Shown here one piece after another: positions 13,002 to 23,550 of a stretch of DNA of 64,000 nucleotides. The notes below the pieces were generated by a model. It had not been told where the DNA came from, searched no databases, and saw nothing but the letters and a program-made list of their open reading frames with translations. The position numbers and the translations under genes are program-made. Positions within the stretch are counted from its first letter, which is position 1, and each line of letters opens with the position of its first letter. Source of the DNA: Pristiophorus japonicus (taxonomy: Eukaryota); the NCBI RefSeq assembly GCF_044704955.1, contig NW_027254445.1:310001-374000 (forward strand). The letters run 5' to 3'.

Positions 13002-14600
13002 AACGTGAAATTCTGTCGTATTATGATCACTCTGCCCCACAGGATCCTTTACGATGAGATTGCTAATTAACCCTGTCTCATTGCACAATACAAGATCTAA
13101 AGTAACCTGTTCCCTGGTTGGTTCCATGACGTATTGTTCTAGGAAAGTGTCCCGAATGCATTCCATGAACTCATCCTCCAGACTACCTTCACCAATTTGA
13201 TTTATCCAGTCTATATGAAGATTAAAGTCCTCCACGATTATTGCATTACCTTTGTTACAAGTTCATACTATTCTTGATTAATATTCTGTCCAACAGTATA
13301 GCTAGTGTTAGGGGGCCTATATACTACTCCCACCAGTGTTTTCTGCCCCTTGTTATTCCTTACCTTCACCCAGACTGATTCTACTTCCTGATCGTCTGAC
13401 CCAAAATCCTGTGGCATCGAAACTTCCCCTTCCCTTAAGGCCTGTTACCGCTGGAAATCAGCGGCCACACTGCGGTATCCCGGCGGTGACCCGCTCCCCA
13501 CCCAGCGTTCTGCTGCTGCCGACCCGTCCTAAGCCCGATCTTCCCACCTCCCCGTGGGTGAAATTCAGCCGGAAATATCTTGCTCCCGCTGCGCGGTGCC
13601 AAAAGCTGCTTTTTTCTGCTGGTGCAGTGAGGCTGTAGTCCTTGTAAAATGGTGGTGTGTCTCCCATTAAAGGGGAGGACCCACTGCCGCTGCCACCATG
13701 CTTTTTTTCTGTCAGCCGACTGCCATGTCAGGCCGACAATTATGTCCCGGGTTCGGCCGGGCCACCAACAGGCAGCCTGGCACGCACTCCTTCTTGGGTG
13801 CCAGGCCGCTGGCCCGGCCGAAACCCTCCTGGTGGCCCAGTGGACTGAACTTAAAGAATCGCAGCGGCCCTCCCCTTTACCTGAAGGTGGGAGCCGAGGT
13901 GATGTGGCACCGTGATGACGTTATCTGCGTCACGCTGATGACTGACAGCGCCGGTTACTCTGCCCGCCCCCAACTTCCACTCCTCAAGTCCGAACTTCCG
14001 CTCATTGCCGCATAACCCTCATTATTACCGACTTCTTGTCCGCCGGAAAAACACAAAAACATTGAATTTTGCTCGAGGCCACCGCATTCACTTCGCCGGT
14101 AAATACAAGAGAAGCAGGGCAGGTGTGCCCCGTTTCCAGCAGTGGGTATTTTAGTCCCTTTCTCTCTTGTGTCCTTATATCATCCTTTATTATCAGGGTT
14201 ACCCCCACTCCTTTACCATTCAGCCTGTCTTTTCAAAACGTCAAGTACCCTGGGTCATTTAGTTCCCAACCTCGGTCACCTTGCAACCATGTCTCTGTAA
14301 TGGCTATTAGATCAAACCCATTTATCTCTATTTGTGCCACTCCTTCATTTATCTTATTATGAATGCTCCATGCATTCAGATAAAGAGCCTTTAATGTAAT
14401 TTTTTACCGTTGTTCCCTGCTTTGACCTTATTCTCTGCTGCACTGCTACCATTCAACTCTGTCCTTTCCTGTCACACTCTGCTTATTTTTACCCAAATCG
14501 TTACACTGCTCTATTGCATCTTTCTCTTTAGATCTCTAAATTTCCCCTCACATGACTCCTGCCCCCACTCCCCGCCATTTTTTAGTTTAGTTTGAAGCCC
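13002..14600 (-). mobile_element. Old CR1 endonuclease-region fragments split by a GC-rich insertion (about 13410-14160)
   Basis: ORF 12930-13235 carries the APE motifs DFNLHIDW...PTREQVTLDLVLCN..SDHN. CR1 sequence resumes at about 14160. Confidence 0.75.
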
Positions 14601-15135
14601 TATTTACAGCCACTTGTGGAGGAAGTTAAAGCAAACCCAGAACAATACTTTCAGATATAACCAGGGCAGGAGGGCACAGTCAGGATTGTAAAGGCCAAGT
14701 TCAGGACTCAGTTATTTGAAGACGGTGATCAAAAGCTGGAACAGGTTCCCAGGCGAGGCCAGAACACGGGACAGGTTTACAAACCGCTGGACGCTGCAAT
14801 GGGACGATGGTAGTATTGGAATTCTGGAAGGATGAGATGAAGTGGACTGAGATGCTTCTGTATCTGAACCCACATCAGAATCTTGTGTTGGGTATCGCAC
14901 AATATTACTAAAACTGGCAGCTTTTTACCTGATTTTCTGATCCTTGTTGTACCAACCTCCGTGGTAAAGGCAGCAAAGAACATATCCACAGCAGGAGTTC
15001 TGAGTTCAGTTGCAGTGTGTGTGTTTTTGGGCTGCCTGTTCACAGTGGGATTGTTGGTCAGTACAGGGCAATGTGGGACAGCTAAGCTCAGGATATGTTT
15101 GAACAACTCGGCTACAAATTACTGATGATACACAT

Positions 15136-15741
15136 TGGGGCAGATATCCCGGCCTCCCTGAGTCTGTACGGAGTGTGTACGGACCGGGGAAGGCATCACA
15201 AAAGCAGGTTTTCGGTGTGCAATGCGCATGTGCAGAAAACCAGCTTTGAAACATACAAAAACATGTAACAATAACATTTCAAAAGCACATTTTAATGTTA
15301 AAAACACTGTCCACTAAGGGAAGTTTATTTTAAACCATAATGAAAAATCTTTTAAAAAAAAGTTTGAAAAATAATATTTTTTTCGAAGACATTTATTAAC
15401 TTTAATTTAAATTAATCTTAAATATGTGATGTGTTTTTTCTATTTTTTACTTGTGTTTGGATGTTGGGGGGGAGTGTTTCTCAATCATAATGAGAACTCC
15501 TACTGACCGAGTTCCCATTATTATGAATGAGAAAATACTTGACCTGGATTGGCTGCCCAGTGTCATGTCACTCCAGCTCCAACATACATCCGTCCTGACA
15601 GACACACGCTCCGATGTGCAGGGAGAGTAGGCCTCAGGACCGGGATCTCTGGTGGGCGCAGCAGGAAAAGGTCGGTGCACATCTTTTTTACCATTTTCTG
15701 TCGAGCGCCCGCAGGAAACAGAGGAGTGGGATTTCAGACCA
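15136..15741. mobile_element. Putative non-autonomous DNA transposon (MITE-like)
   Basis: Imperfect terminal inverted repeats tggggcagatatccc ... gggatttcagacca around an AT-rich core; no coding capacity. Confidence 0.4.
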
Positions 15742-15848
15742 ATATCCATTCGCAAACACACAGGAGATTTTATAATCACTTCGGTTTCAACTTATTACTT
15801 CATGTTGTTCCTCATCTGTTCTGATCCTCAGTTATTTACTATTCACAG

Positions 15849-16202
15849 GTCGAAAGACAAGTCCGGTTCTTATCCAGTCCCCAGAAGTTGTGACGGTGCC
15901 CGAGGGTGGGACGGTGCAGTTTGGGTGTACCCTGGAGAGCAGCAATGTGAATGACCGTGTGGATAAATATGACGTACACTGGTACCTCTCACAGGATAGG
16001 AAACACAAAATATTTTCTCATTATGTAGGTGGCAGGATTTACCGATCACACGGTGTCTCTGAGCGGTTTCAGCTTTCCAGAGATGATGCCAGTAACAGCT
16101 ACATTCTGACCATCAGAGGCGTGGAGCGCAGAGACAGCGCGGTCTATATCTGTGGTATTTGGGGAAAAATCTATGGAAATGGAACCCGGCTGACTGTAAC
16201 CA
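15849..16202 (+). CDS. Exon V1: germline-joined VJ-type Ig V-set domain of a putative multi-V immune receptor
   Basis: Acceptor tactattcacAG|, donor ACC A|GTAAGT, phase 1-1, 354 bp, no stops. Translation RKTSPVLIQSPEVVTVPEGGTVQFGC...DVHWY...ERFQLSRDDASNSYILTIRGVERRDSAVYICGIWGKIYGNGTRLTVT has the B-strand Cys, C-strand Trp, D-x-A-x-Y-x-C and a J-type G-x-G-T-x-L-x-V. Confidence 0.92.
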
Positions 16203-16817
16203 GTAAGTATATTCTACATTATATTGGTTTGATATCTAATAATGTTACAATACCAACATCTCATGTGTAAGTAAATGTTGTACAACGTTGTCACTTTTAC
16301 AGTAACAACACTGAGTGGAAATTCTAAGTACAGAATGGAGGGTGAAATCTGGGACAAACTCCATTTGTTTTTAATTTGTTTAAGTGAGCACATGGTGGGA
16401 CAAAACCTCACACACAGGATTCAACGGGAAAATACATGTTGAGGGAAAAGTGCAGTAATAGGAATAATGGTGACATACCTGGTTAAATCAGGATATTGAC
16501 AGGGTATATATATAAAACAATGCATCTCTGAGTGACTAAATCTGCACTCATCAATGCAAACAAATGAGCCCTCGACCCTTTCCAAGCTGCAATAAACCAT
16601 CCTTCAGCCTGTTAATGTAATTCAGGAATGTGCAATCCGCTTTCAGAATGGCTGGGCGGCAAAGTAATGCATCTCGTTTTGGAGTTGAAAGCCAGAAAAT
16701 ATTTAATAATAGAGTCCCATAGAAACATAGAAACATAGAAAATAGGTGCAGGAGCAGGCCATTCAGCCCTTCTAGCCTGCACCGCCATTCAATGAGTTCA
16801 TGGCTGAACATGAAACT

Positions 16818-19724
16818 TCAGTACCCCCTTCCTGCTTTCTCGCCATAACCCTTGATCCCCCGAGTAGTAAGGACTTCATCTAACTCCCTTTTGAATATAT
16901 TTAGTGAATTGGCCTCAACTACTTTCTGTGGTAGAGAATTCCACAGGTTCACCACTCTCTGGGTGAAGAAGTTTCTCCTCATCTCGGTCCTAAATGGCTT
17001 ACCCCTTATCCTCAGACTGTGACCTCTGGTTCTGGACTTCCCCAACATTGGGAACATTCTTTCTGCATCTAACCTGTCTAAACCCGTCAGAATTTTAAAC
17101 GTTTCTATGAGGTCCCCTCTCATTCTTCTGAACTCCAGTGAATACAATCCCAATTGATCCAATCTTTCTTGATAGGTCAGTCCCGCCATCCCGGGAATCA
17201 GTCTGGTGAACCTTCGCTGCACTCCCTCAATAGCAAGAATGTCCTTCCTCAAGTTAGGAGACCAAAACTGTACACAATACTCCAGGTGTGGCCTCACCAA
17301 GGCCCTGTACAACTGTAGCAACACCTCCCTGCCCCTGTATTCAAATCCCCTCGCTATGAAGGCCAACATGCCATTTGCTTTCTTAACCGCCTGCTGTACC
17401 TGCATGCCAACCTTCAATGACTGATGTACCATGACACCCAGGTCTCGTTGCACCTTCCCTTTTCCTAATCTGTCACCATTCAGATAATAGTCTGTCTCTC
17501 TGTTTTTACCACCAAAGTGGATAACCTCACATTTATCCACATTATACTTCATCTGCCATGCATTTGCCCACTCACCTAACCTATCCAAGTCACTCTGCAG
17601 CCTAATAGCATCCTCCTCGCAGCTCACACTGCCACCCAACTTAGTATCATCCGCAAATTTGGAGATACTGCATTTAACCCCCTCGTCTAAATCATTAATG
17701 TACAATGTAAACAGCTGGGGCCCCAGCACAGAACCTTGCGGCACTCCACTAGTCACTGCCTGCCATTCTGAAAAGTACCCGTTTACTCCTACTCTTTGCT
17801 TCCTGTCTGACAACCAGTTCTCAATCCACGTCAGCACACTACCCCCAATCCCATGTGCTTTAACTTTGCACATTAATCTCTTGTGTGGGACCTTGTCGAA
17901 AGCCTTCTGAAAGTCCAAATATACCACATCAACTGGTTCTCCCTTGTCCACTTTACTGGAAACATCCTCAAAAAATTCCAGAAGATTTGTCAAGCATGAT
18001 TTCCCTTTCACAAATCCATGCTGACTTGGACCTATCATGTCACCATTTTCCAGATGCACTGCTATGACATCCTTAATAATTGATTCCATCACTTTACCCA
18101 CTACTGAGGTCAGGCTGACCGGTCTATAATTCCCTGTTTTCTCTCTCCCTCCTTTTTTAAAAAGTGGGGTTACATTGGCTACCCTCCACTCCATAGGAAC
18201 TGATCCAGAGTCAATGGAATGTTGGAAAATGACTGTCAATGCATCCGCTATTTCCAAGGCCACCTCCTTAAGTACTCTAGGATGCAGTCCATCAGGCCCT
18301 GGGGATTTATCGGCCTTCAATCCCATCAATTTCCCCAACACAATTTCCCGACTAATAAAGATTTCCCTCAGTTCCTCTTCCTTACTAGACCCTCTGACCC
18401 CTTTTATATCCGGAAGGTTGTTTGTATCCTCCTTAGTGAATACCGAACCAAAGTACTTGTTCAATTGATCCGCCATTTCTTTGCTCCCCGTTATGACTTC
18501 CCCTGATTCTGACTGCAGGGGACCTACGTTTGTCTTCACCAACCTTTTTCTCTTTACATACCTATAGAAACTTTTGCAATCCGCCTTAATGTTCCCTGCA
18601 AGCTTCTTCTCGTACTCCATTTTCCCTGTCCTAATCAAACCCTTTGTCCTCCTCTGCTGAGTTCTAAATTTCTCCCAGTCCCCAGGTTCGCTGCTATTTC
18701 TGGCCAATTTGTATGCCACTTCCTTGGCTTTAATACTATCCCTGATTTCCCTAGATAGCCACGGTTGAGCCACCTTCCCCTTTTTATTTTTACGCCAGAC
18801 AGGAATGTACAATTGTTGTACTTCATCCATGCGGTCTCTAAATGTCTGCCATTGCCCATCCACAGTCAACCCCCTAAGTATCATTCGCCAATCTATCCTA
18901 GCCAATTCACGCCTCATACCTTCAAAGTTACCCTTCTTTAAGTTCTGGACCATGGTCTCTGAAATTACTGTTTCATTCTCCATCCTAATGCAGAATTCCA
19001 CCATATTATGGTCACTCTTCCCCAAGGGGCCTCGCACAATGAGATTGCTAATTAATCCTCTCTCATTACACAACACCCAGTCTAAGATGGCCTCCCCCCT
19101 AGTTGGTTCCTCAACATATTGGTCTAGAAAACCATCCCTTATGCACTCCAGGAAATCCTCCTCCACCGTATTGCTTCCAGTTTGGCTAGCCCAATCTATG
19201 TGCATATTAAAGTCACCCATTATAACTGCTGCACCTTTATTGCATGCACCCCTAATTTCCTGTTTGATGCCCTCCCCAACATCCCTATTACTGTTTGGAG
19301 GTCTGTACACAACTCCTACTAACGTTTTTTGCCCTTTGGTGTTCTGCAGCTCTACCCATATAGATTCCACATCATCCAAGCTAATGTCTTTCCTAACTAT
19401 TGCATTAATCTCCTCTTTAACCAGCAATGCTACCCCACCTCCTTTTCCTTTTATTCTATCCTTCCTGAATGTTGAATACCCCTGAATGTTGAGTTCCCAG
19501 CCCTGATCATCCTGGAGCCACGTCTCCGTAATCCCAATCACATCATATTTGTTAACATCTATTTGCACAATTAATTCATCCACCTTATTGCGGATACTCC
19601 TTGCATTAAGACACAAAGCCTTCAGGCTTGTTTTATTAACACCCTTTGTCCTTTTAGAATTTTGCTGTACAGTGGCCCTTTTTGTTCTTTGCCTTGGGTT
19701 TCTCTGCCCTCCACTTTTCCTCAT
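16818..19724 (-). CDS. CR1 ORF2: APE endonuclease plus reverse transcriptase (968 aa)
   Basis: EN motifs CLNARSI, ITETW, MGDFN, SDH; RT motifs [26 protein letters not shown]. Confidence 0.96.
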   Translation of the reverse strand: MRKSGGQRNPRQRTKRATVQQNSKRTKGVNKTSLKALCLNARSIRNKVDELIVQIDVNKYDVIGITETWLQDDQGWELNIQGYSTFRKDRIKGKGGGVALLVKEEINAIVRKDISLDDVESIWVELQNTKGQKTLVGVVYRPPNSNRDVGEGIKQEIRGACNKGAAVIMGDFNMHIDWASQTGSNTVEEDFLECIRDGFLDQYVEEPTRGEAILDWVLCNERGLISNLIVRGPLGKSDHNMVEFCIRMENETVISETMVQNLKKGNFEGMRRELARIDWRMILRGLTVDGQWQTFRDRMDEVQQLYIPVWRKNKKGKVAQPWLSREIRDSIKAKEVAYKLARNSSEPGDWEKFRTQQRRTKGLIRTGKMEYEKKLAGNIKADCKSFYRYVKRKRLVKTNVGPLQSESGEVITGSKEMADQLNKYFGSVFTKEDTNNLPDIKGVRGSSKEEELREIFISREIVLGKLMGLKADKSPGPDGLHPRVLKEVALEIADALTVIFQHSIDSGSVPMEWRVANVTPLFKKGGREKTGNYRPVSLTSVVGKVMESIIKDVIAVHLENGDMIGPSQHGFVKGKSCLTNLLEFFEDVSSKVDKGEPVDVVYLDFQKAFDKVPHKRLMCKVKAHGIGGSVLTWIENWLSDRKQRVGVNGYFSEWQAVTSGVPQGSVLGPQLFTLYINDLDEGVKCSISKFADDTKLGGSVSCEEDAIRLQSDLDRLGEWANAWQMKYNVDKCEVIHFGGKNRETDYYLNGDRLGKGKVQRDLGVMVHQSLKVGMQVQQAVKKANGMLAFIARGFEYRGREVLLQLYRALVRPHLEYCVQFWSPNLRKDILAIEGVQRRFTRLIPGMAGLTYQERLDQLGLYSLEFRRMRGDLIETFKILTGLDRLDAERMFPMLGKSRTRGHSLRIRGKPFRTEMRRNFFTQRVVNLWNSLPQKVVEANSLNIFKRELDEVLTTRGIKGYGEKAGRGY

Positions 19725-19801
19725 CTCCTTTCTGTCTTTTGCTTTTGGCTCCTTTTTGTTTCCCTCTGTCTCCCTGCATTGGTTCCCATCCCCCTGCCAT
19801 A

Positions 19802-20749
19802 TTAGTTTAAATCCTCCCCAACAGCACTAGCAAACACTCCCCCTAGGACATTGGTTCCAGTCCTGCCCAGGTGCAGACCGTCCGGTTTGTACTGGTCCCA
19901 CCTCCCCCAGAACCGGTCCCAATGCCCCAGGAATTTGAATCCCTCCCTGCTGCACCACTGCTCAAGCCACGTATTCATCTGCGCTATCCTGCGATTCCTA
20001 CTCTGACTATCACGTGGCACTGGTAGCAATCCCGAGATTACTACTTTTGAGGTCCTACTTTTTAATTTAGCTCCTAGCTCCTTAAATTCGTTTCGTAGGA
20101 CCTCATCCCTTTTTTTGCCTATGTCGTTGGTACCAATGTGCACCACGACAACTGGCTGTTCTCCCTCCCATTTCAGAATGTCCTGCACCCGCTCCGAGAC
20201 ATCCTTGACCCTTGCACCAGGGAGGCAACATACCATCCTGGAGTCTCGGTTGCGGCTGCAGAAACGCCTATCTATTCCCCTCACAATTGAATCCCCTATC
20301 ACTATCGCTCTCCCACTCTTTTTCTTGCCCTCCTGTGCAGCAGAGCCAGCCACGGTGCCATGAACTTGGCTGCTGCTGCCCTCCCCTGATGAGTCATTCC
20401 CCTCAACAGTACCCAAAGCGGTGTATCTGTTTTGCAGGGGGATGACCGCAGGGGACCCCTGCACTACCTTCCTTGCTCTACTCTTCCTGCTGGTCTTCCA
20501 TTCCCTATCTGGCTGTGGACCCTTTCCCTGCGGTAAGACCAACTCACTACACGTGATACTCACGTCATTCTCAGCATCGTGGATGCTCCAGAGTAAATCC
20601 ACCCTCAGCTCCAATTCCGTAACGCGGACCGTCAGGAGCTGGAGGCGGATACACTTCCCGCACACGTAGTCGTCAGGGACACCGGAAGTGTCCCTGAGTT
20701 CCCACATGGTACAGGAGGAGCATAACACCCGACCGAGCTCTCCTGCCAT
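19802..20749 (-). CDS. CR1 ORF1: Cys-finger/coiled coil plus SGNH esterase domain (315 aa)
   Basis: CSSC...CGKC; SGNH blocks VIGDSIVRG, HIGTND, DGLHL. Confidence 0.92.
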   Translation of the reverse strand: MAGELGRVLCSSCTMWELRDTSGVPDDYVCGKCIRLQLLTVRVTELELRVDLLWSIHDAENDVSITCSELVLPQGKGPQPDREWKTSRKSRARKVVQGSPAVIPLQNRYTALGTVEGNDSSGEGSSSQVHGTVAGSAAQEGKKKSGRAIVIGDSIVRGIDRRFCSRNRDSRMVCCLPGARVKDVSERVQDILKWEGEQPVVVVHIGTNDIGKKRDEVLRNEFKELGAKLKSRTSKVVISGLLPVPRDSQSRNRRIAQMNTWLEQWCSREGFKFLGHWDRFWGRWDQYKPDGLHLGRTGTNVLGGVFASAVGEDLN

Positions 20750-20933
20750 GTCTTAACCCTTAGATACACTTAAACTGGTAATAACAATGTTAAAAGTTAC
20801 TGACCAATATAAGAAGAAAAAGAAAAACTACTCACCAATCACCAGCCAATCACTTACCCCCTCGGCTGTGACGTCACCTTTGTTTTTTTTGCCTTCTCCC
20901 TGCAGCTGCCGTGAGAAACTCGTCCGTGGGCCC

Positions 20934-21825
20934 GGAATGTACCCAATACACACAGACTGTAGTGGGTCTGGAATGTGTCCAATACACACAGACTGTAGTG
21001 GGTCTGGAATGTACCCAATACACACAGACTGTAGTGGGTCTGGAATGTACCTAATACACACAGACTGTAGTGGGTCTGGAATGTACCCAATACACACAGA
21101 CTGTAGTGGGTCTGGAATGTACAATATACACACAGACTGTAGTGGGTCTGGAATGTACCCAATACACACAGACTGTAGTGGGTCTGGAATGTACCCAATA
21201 CACACAGACTGTAGTGGGTCTGGAATGTGTCCAATACACACAGACTGTAGTGGGTCTGGAATGTACCCAGTACACACCGACTGTAGTGGGTCTGGAATGT
21301 GTCCAACACACACAGACTGTAGTGGGTCTGCAATGAACCCAATACGCACAGACTGCAGTGGGTCTGGAATGTACCCAATACACACAGACTGTAGTGTGTC
21401 TGGAATGTACCCAATACACGCAGACTGTAGTGGGTCTGCAATGAACCCAATACGCACAGACTGCAGTGGGTCTGGAATGTACCCAATACACACAGACTGT
21501 AGTGTGTCTGGAATGTACCCAATAGACACAGACTGTAGTGGGTCTGGAATGTACCCAGTGCACACAGACTGTAGTGGGTCTGGAATGTACCCAATACACA
21601 CAGACTGTTGTGGATCTGGAATGTACCCAATACACACAGACTGCAGTGGGTCTGGAATGTACCCAATACACACAGACTGTAGTGTGTCTGGAATGTGTCC
21701 AACACACACAGACTGTAGTGGGTCTGGAATGTACCCAATACACACAGACTGTTTTGGGTCTGGAATGTACCCAATACACACAGACTGCAGTGGGTCTGGA
21801 ATGTACCCAATACAAACAGACTGTT
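20934..21825. repeat. 36-bp minisatellite, about 25 copies
   Basis: Unit ggaatgtacccaatacacacagactgtagtgggtct; explains the 12-aa periodic ORFs on both strands. Confidence 0.97.
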
Positions 21826-22129
21826 GACGGTTTGGGAGGGTGTGACCCAGAGAGAGAACATGGCCAACCTGGTAGGAAGCCTGAGGTCTGTGAACTAACA
21901 ATTTATGATTTAAACAAACACATCGATGTACGACTATAGTGTGACTGTAAAGGAGTAATGTTGGAAGCCTCGCCCACTGGGACAATATATGGAAGGTTCA
22001 GCAGATGCCGCCCACGATTTTCCGACTATCTGGCAGCGAGATTCCTGGCAGAGCTCTGGTCTCCTGAAATTATCTTTTTTGCCTTCTCAAAAAAGTCGAT
22101 GCAAATAAATTGTTTCCTCGTGTCCAATG

Positions 22130-22500
22130 CCAGGTACCACTTCGAAAGGCAAGTGCACACTTTGTATAAGCACCACTTGGAGAAAGGACTGAGGGTAGCA
22201 AGGGCACAGAATGTACTCTGGCTAGGCAGCTTCAATGTCCATCACCAAGACTCGGGAGTACCAGCACTGACCGAGCTGGCCGAGTCCTGAGGGACATTGC
22301 TGCCAGACTGGGCTTGTGGCAACTGGTGAGAGGACCAACATGAGGGAATTACTGATCTGGCTCTGTCCTCCCCAAGCTACAACAACTTGTATTTATACAG
22401 CGCCTTTAACATAGTAAAATGTCTCAAGGAGCTTCACAGGAGCGTTATCAGACAACATTTGACACCGAGCCACATGAGGAGATATTAGGGCAGGTGACAC
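22130..22500. mobile_element. Old LINE endonuclease fragment (+) followed by an L2/SINE-like 3' tail (-)
   Basis: HHLEKGLRVARAQNVLWLGSFNVHHQ resembles the APE GDFN region; aacaacttgtatttatacagcgcctttaac is an L2-type tail. Confidence 0.55.
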
Positions 22501-23550
22501 ATGTTGTAACTTCTATGTATATCAGAGCCATTGAAGATGTTGCTGGGGCCGAGGGGATTCGCCTATGAATCTAAAACTTTAGAAGCTGAAGGATCCAGAG
22601 CAAGAGACCCAAGAATATAACAGGTCCAACTGTGTCACAGACTTTCATGTGTGGCAGAAGGGGCAAATGCAGGTCTCCACGGACTTGGCCAACTAGGTGT
22701 GCCAGGGCCAATTCCAAGTGGCTGCCAGGCACCTGAGGTACAAGTCCATCACTCATTCTGCCCCCTCCCTGAACTCCTCTTCCACCTCCAAATCCACAGG
22801 AGCCACTGGCAAGGCCCAGTGAGCCTCCGTGCAGAGCAGTATGGTTAGAGAAGAGATTCACAGCTTGACAGCAACAATACAGTGGCAAAAAGGAAACATC
22901 AGAAAAGAACTATTGCACGGACAACGATGCAGAAACAGCGGTACAGGAGATGGAGGGGAAAAAAACAACTTTCCAAAATCGGTCCCTCTGTCCCAGCTTC
23001 GAGTGGACATTCTGCGGTGAGCAGTTGGGAAGACCACAAGTGTCCATTATAAACGGGCAAGCAAAAGGCACCAAGTGAGGACACGTGGGGATTCACCATG
23101 GGACTGAGTGACATCTATTTACATATTTCTCAGGGTATAATGAATCCACGCAGGCTTTCAACACAACCTGAAAATATTTCAGATGTCTTCTCCGGCTGCA
23201 TCTGTTGCACCCAGACCGCCTGCCCCATCCCGCGCTGCTTGTGCACTTGCTGCGGAGCACCGCCCCTCCAGTCTGACATTGAGTCAGTGTGACAGTGATT
23301 TCAGTGGGAATTAGATCGACATAAAGGCAGCGCAGGTGGAAGACAACAAACACTTGCATTTACAAAGCTCCTTTCACATAATTGTCTCAAAGTGCTTCAC
23401 AACAATGGAACTAGGGCGACAGGCACCAAGCCGTCAAGGAAGAAATTGGTACAAGTGTCGGAAATGCTGGTCAAAATGATGGGTTTTTGTAACGGTTTCT
23501 AAAGTTGGAGAGAGAAGTAGAGAGTTGGAGGGTTCATTGAGCAGTCTGCA

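Larger units (their letters stand above)
16718..20930 (-). mobile_element. Near full-length CR1 LINE with both ORFs intact
   Basis: 5'UTR, ORF1, ORF2 and an (ACATAGAA)n tail at 16718-16740 (+ strand view); no stops or frameshifts in either ORF. Confidence 0.96.

Noticed and set aside
14883-15125. Hydrophobic ORF (VAVCVFLGCLFTVGLLV) upstream of V1 as leader or TM
   Set aside because: No suitable ATG and no convincing splice sites that join it in phase to V1.
20787-21985. Long Cys-rich periodic ORFs (346, 385, 337 aa)
   Set aside because: By-products of a stop-free 36-bp minisatellite that is open in several frames on both strands.
23098-23292. Cys-rich short ORF in the V1-V2 intron as an extra exon
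   Set aside because: No recognisable domain or TM and no clear donor before the stop; no evidence that V1 has its own TM exon.
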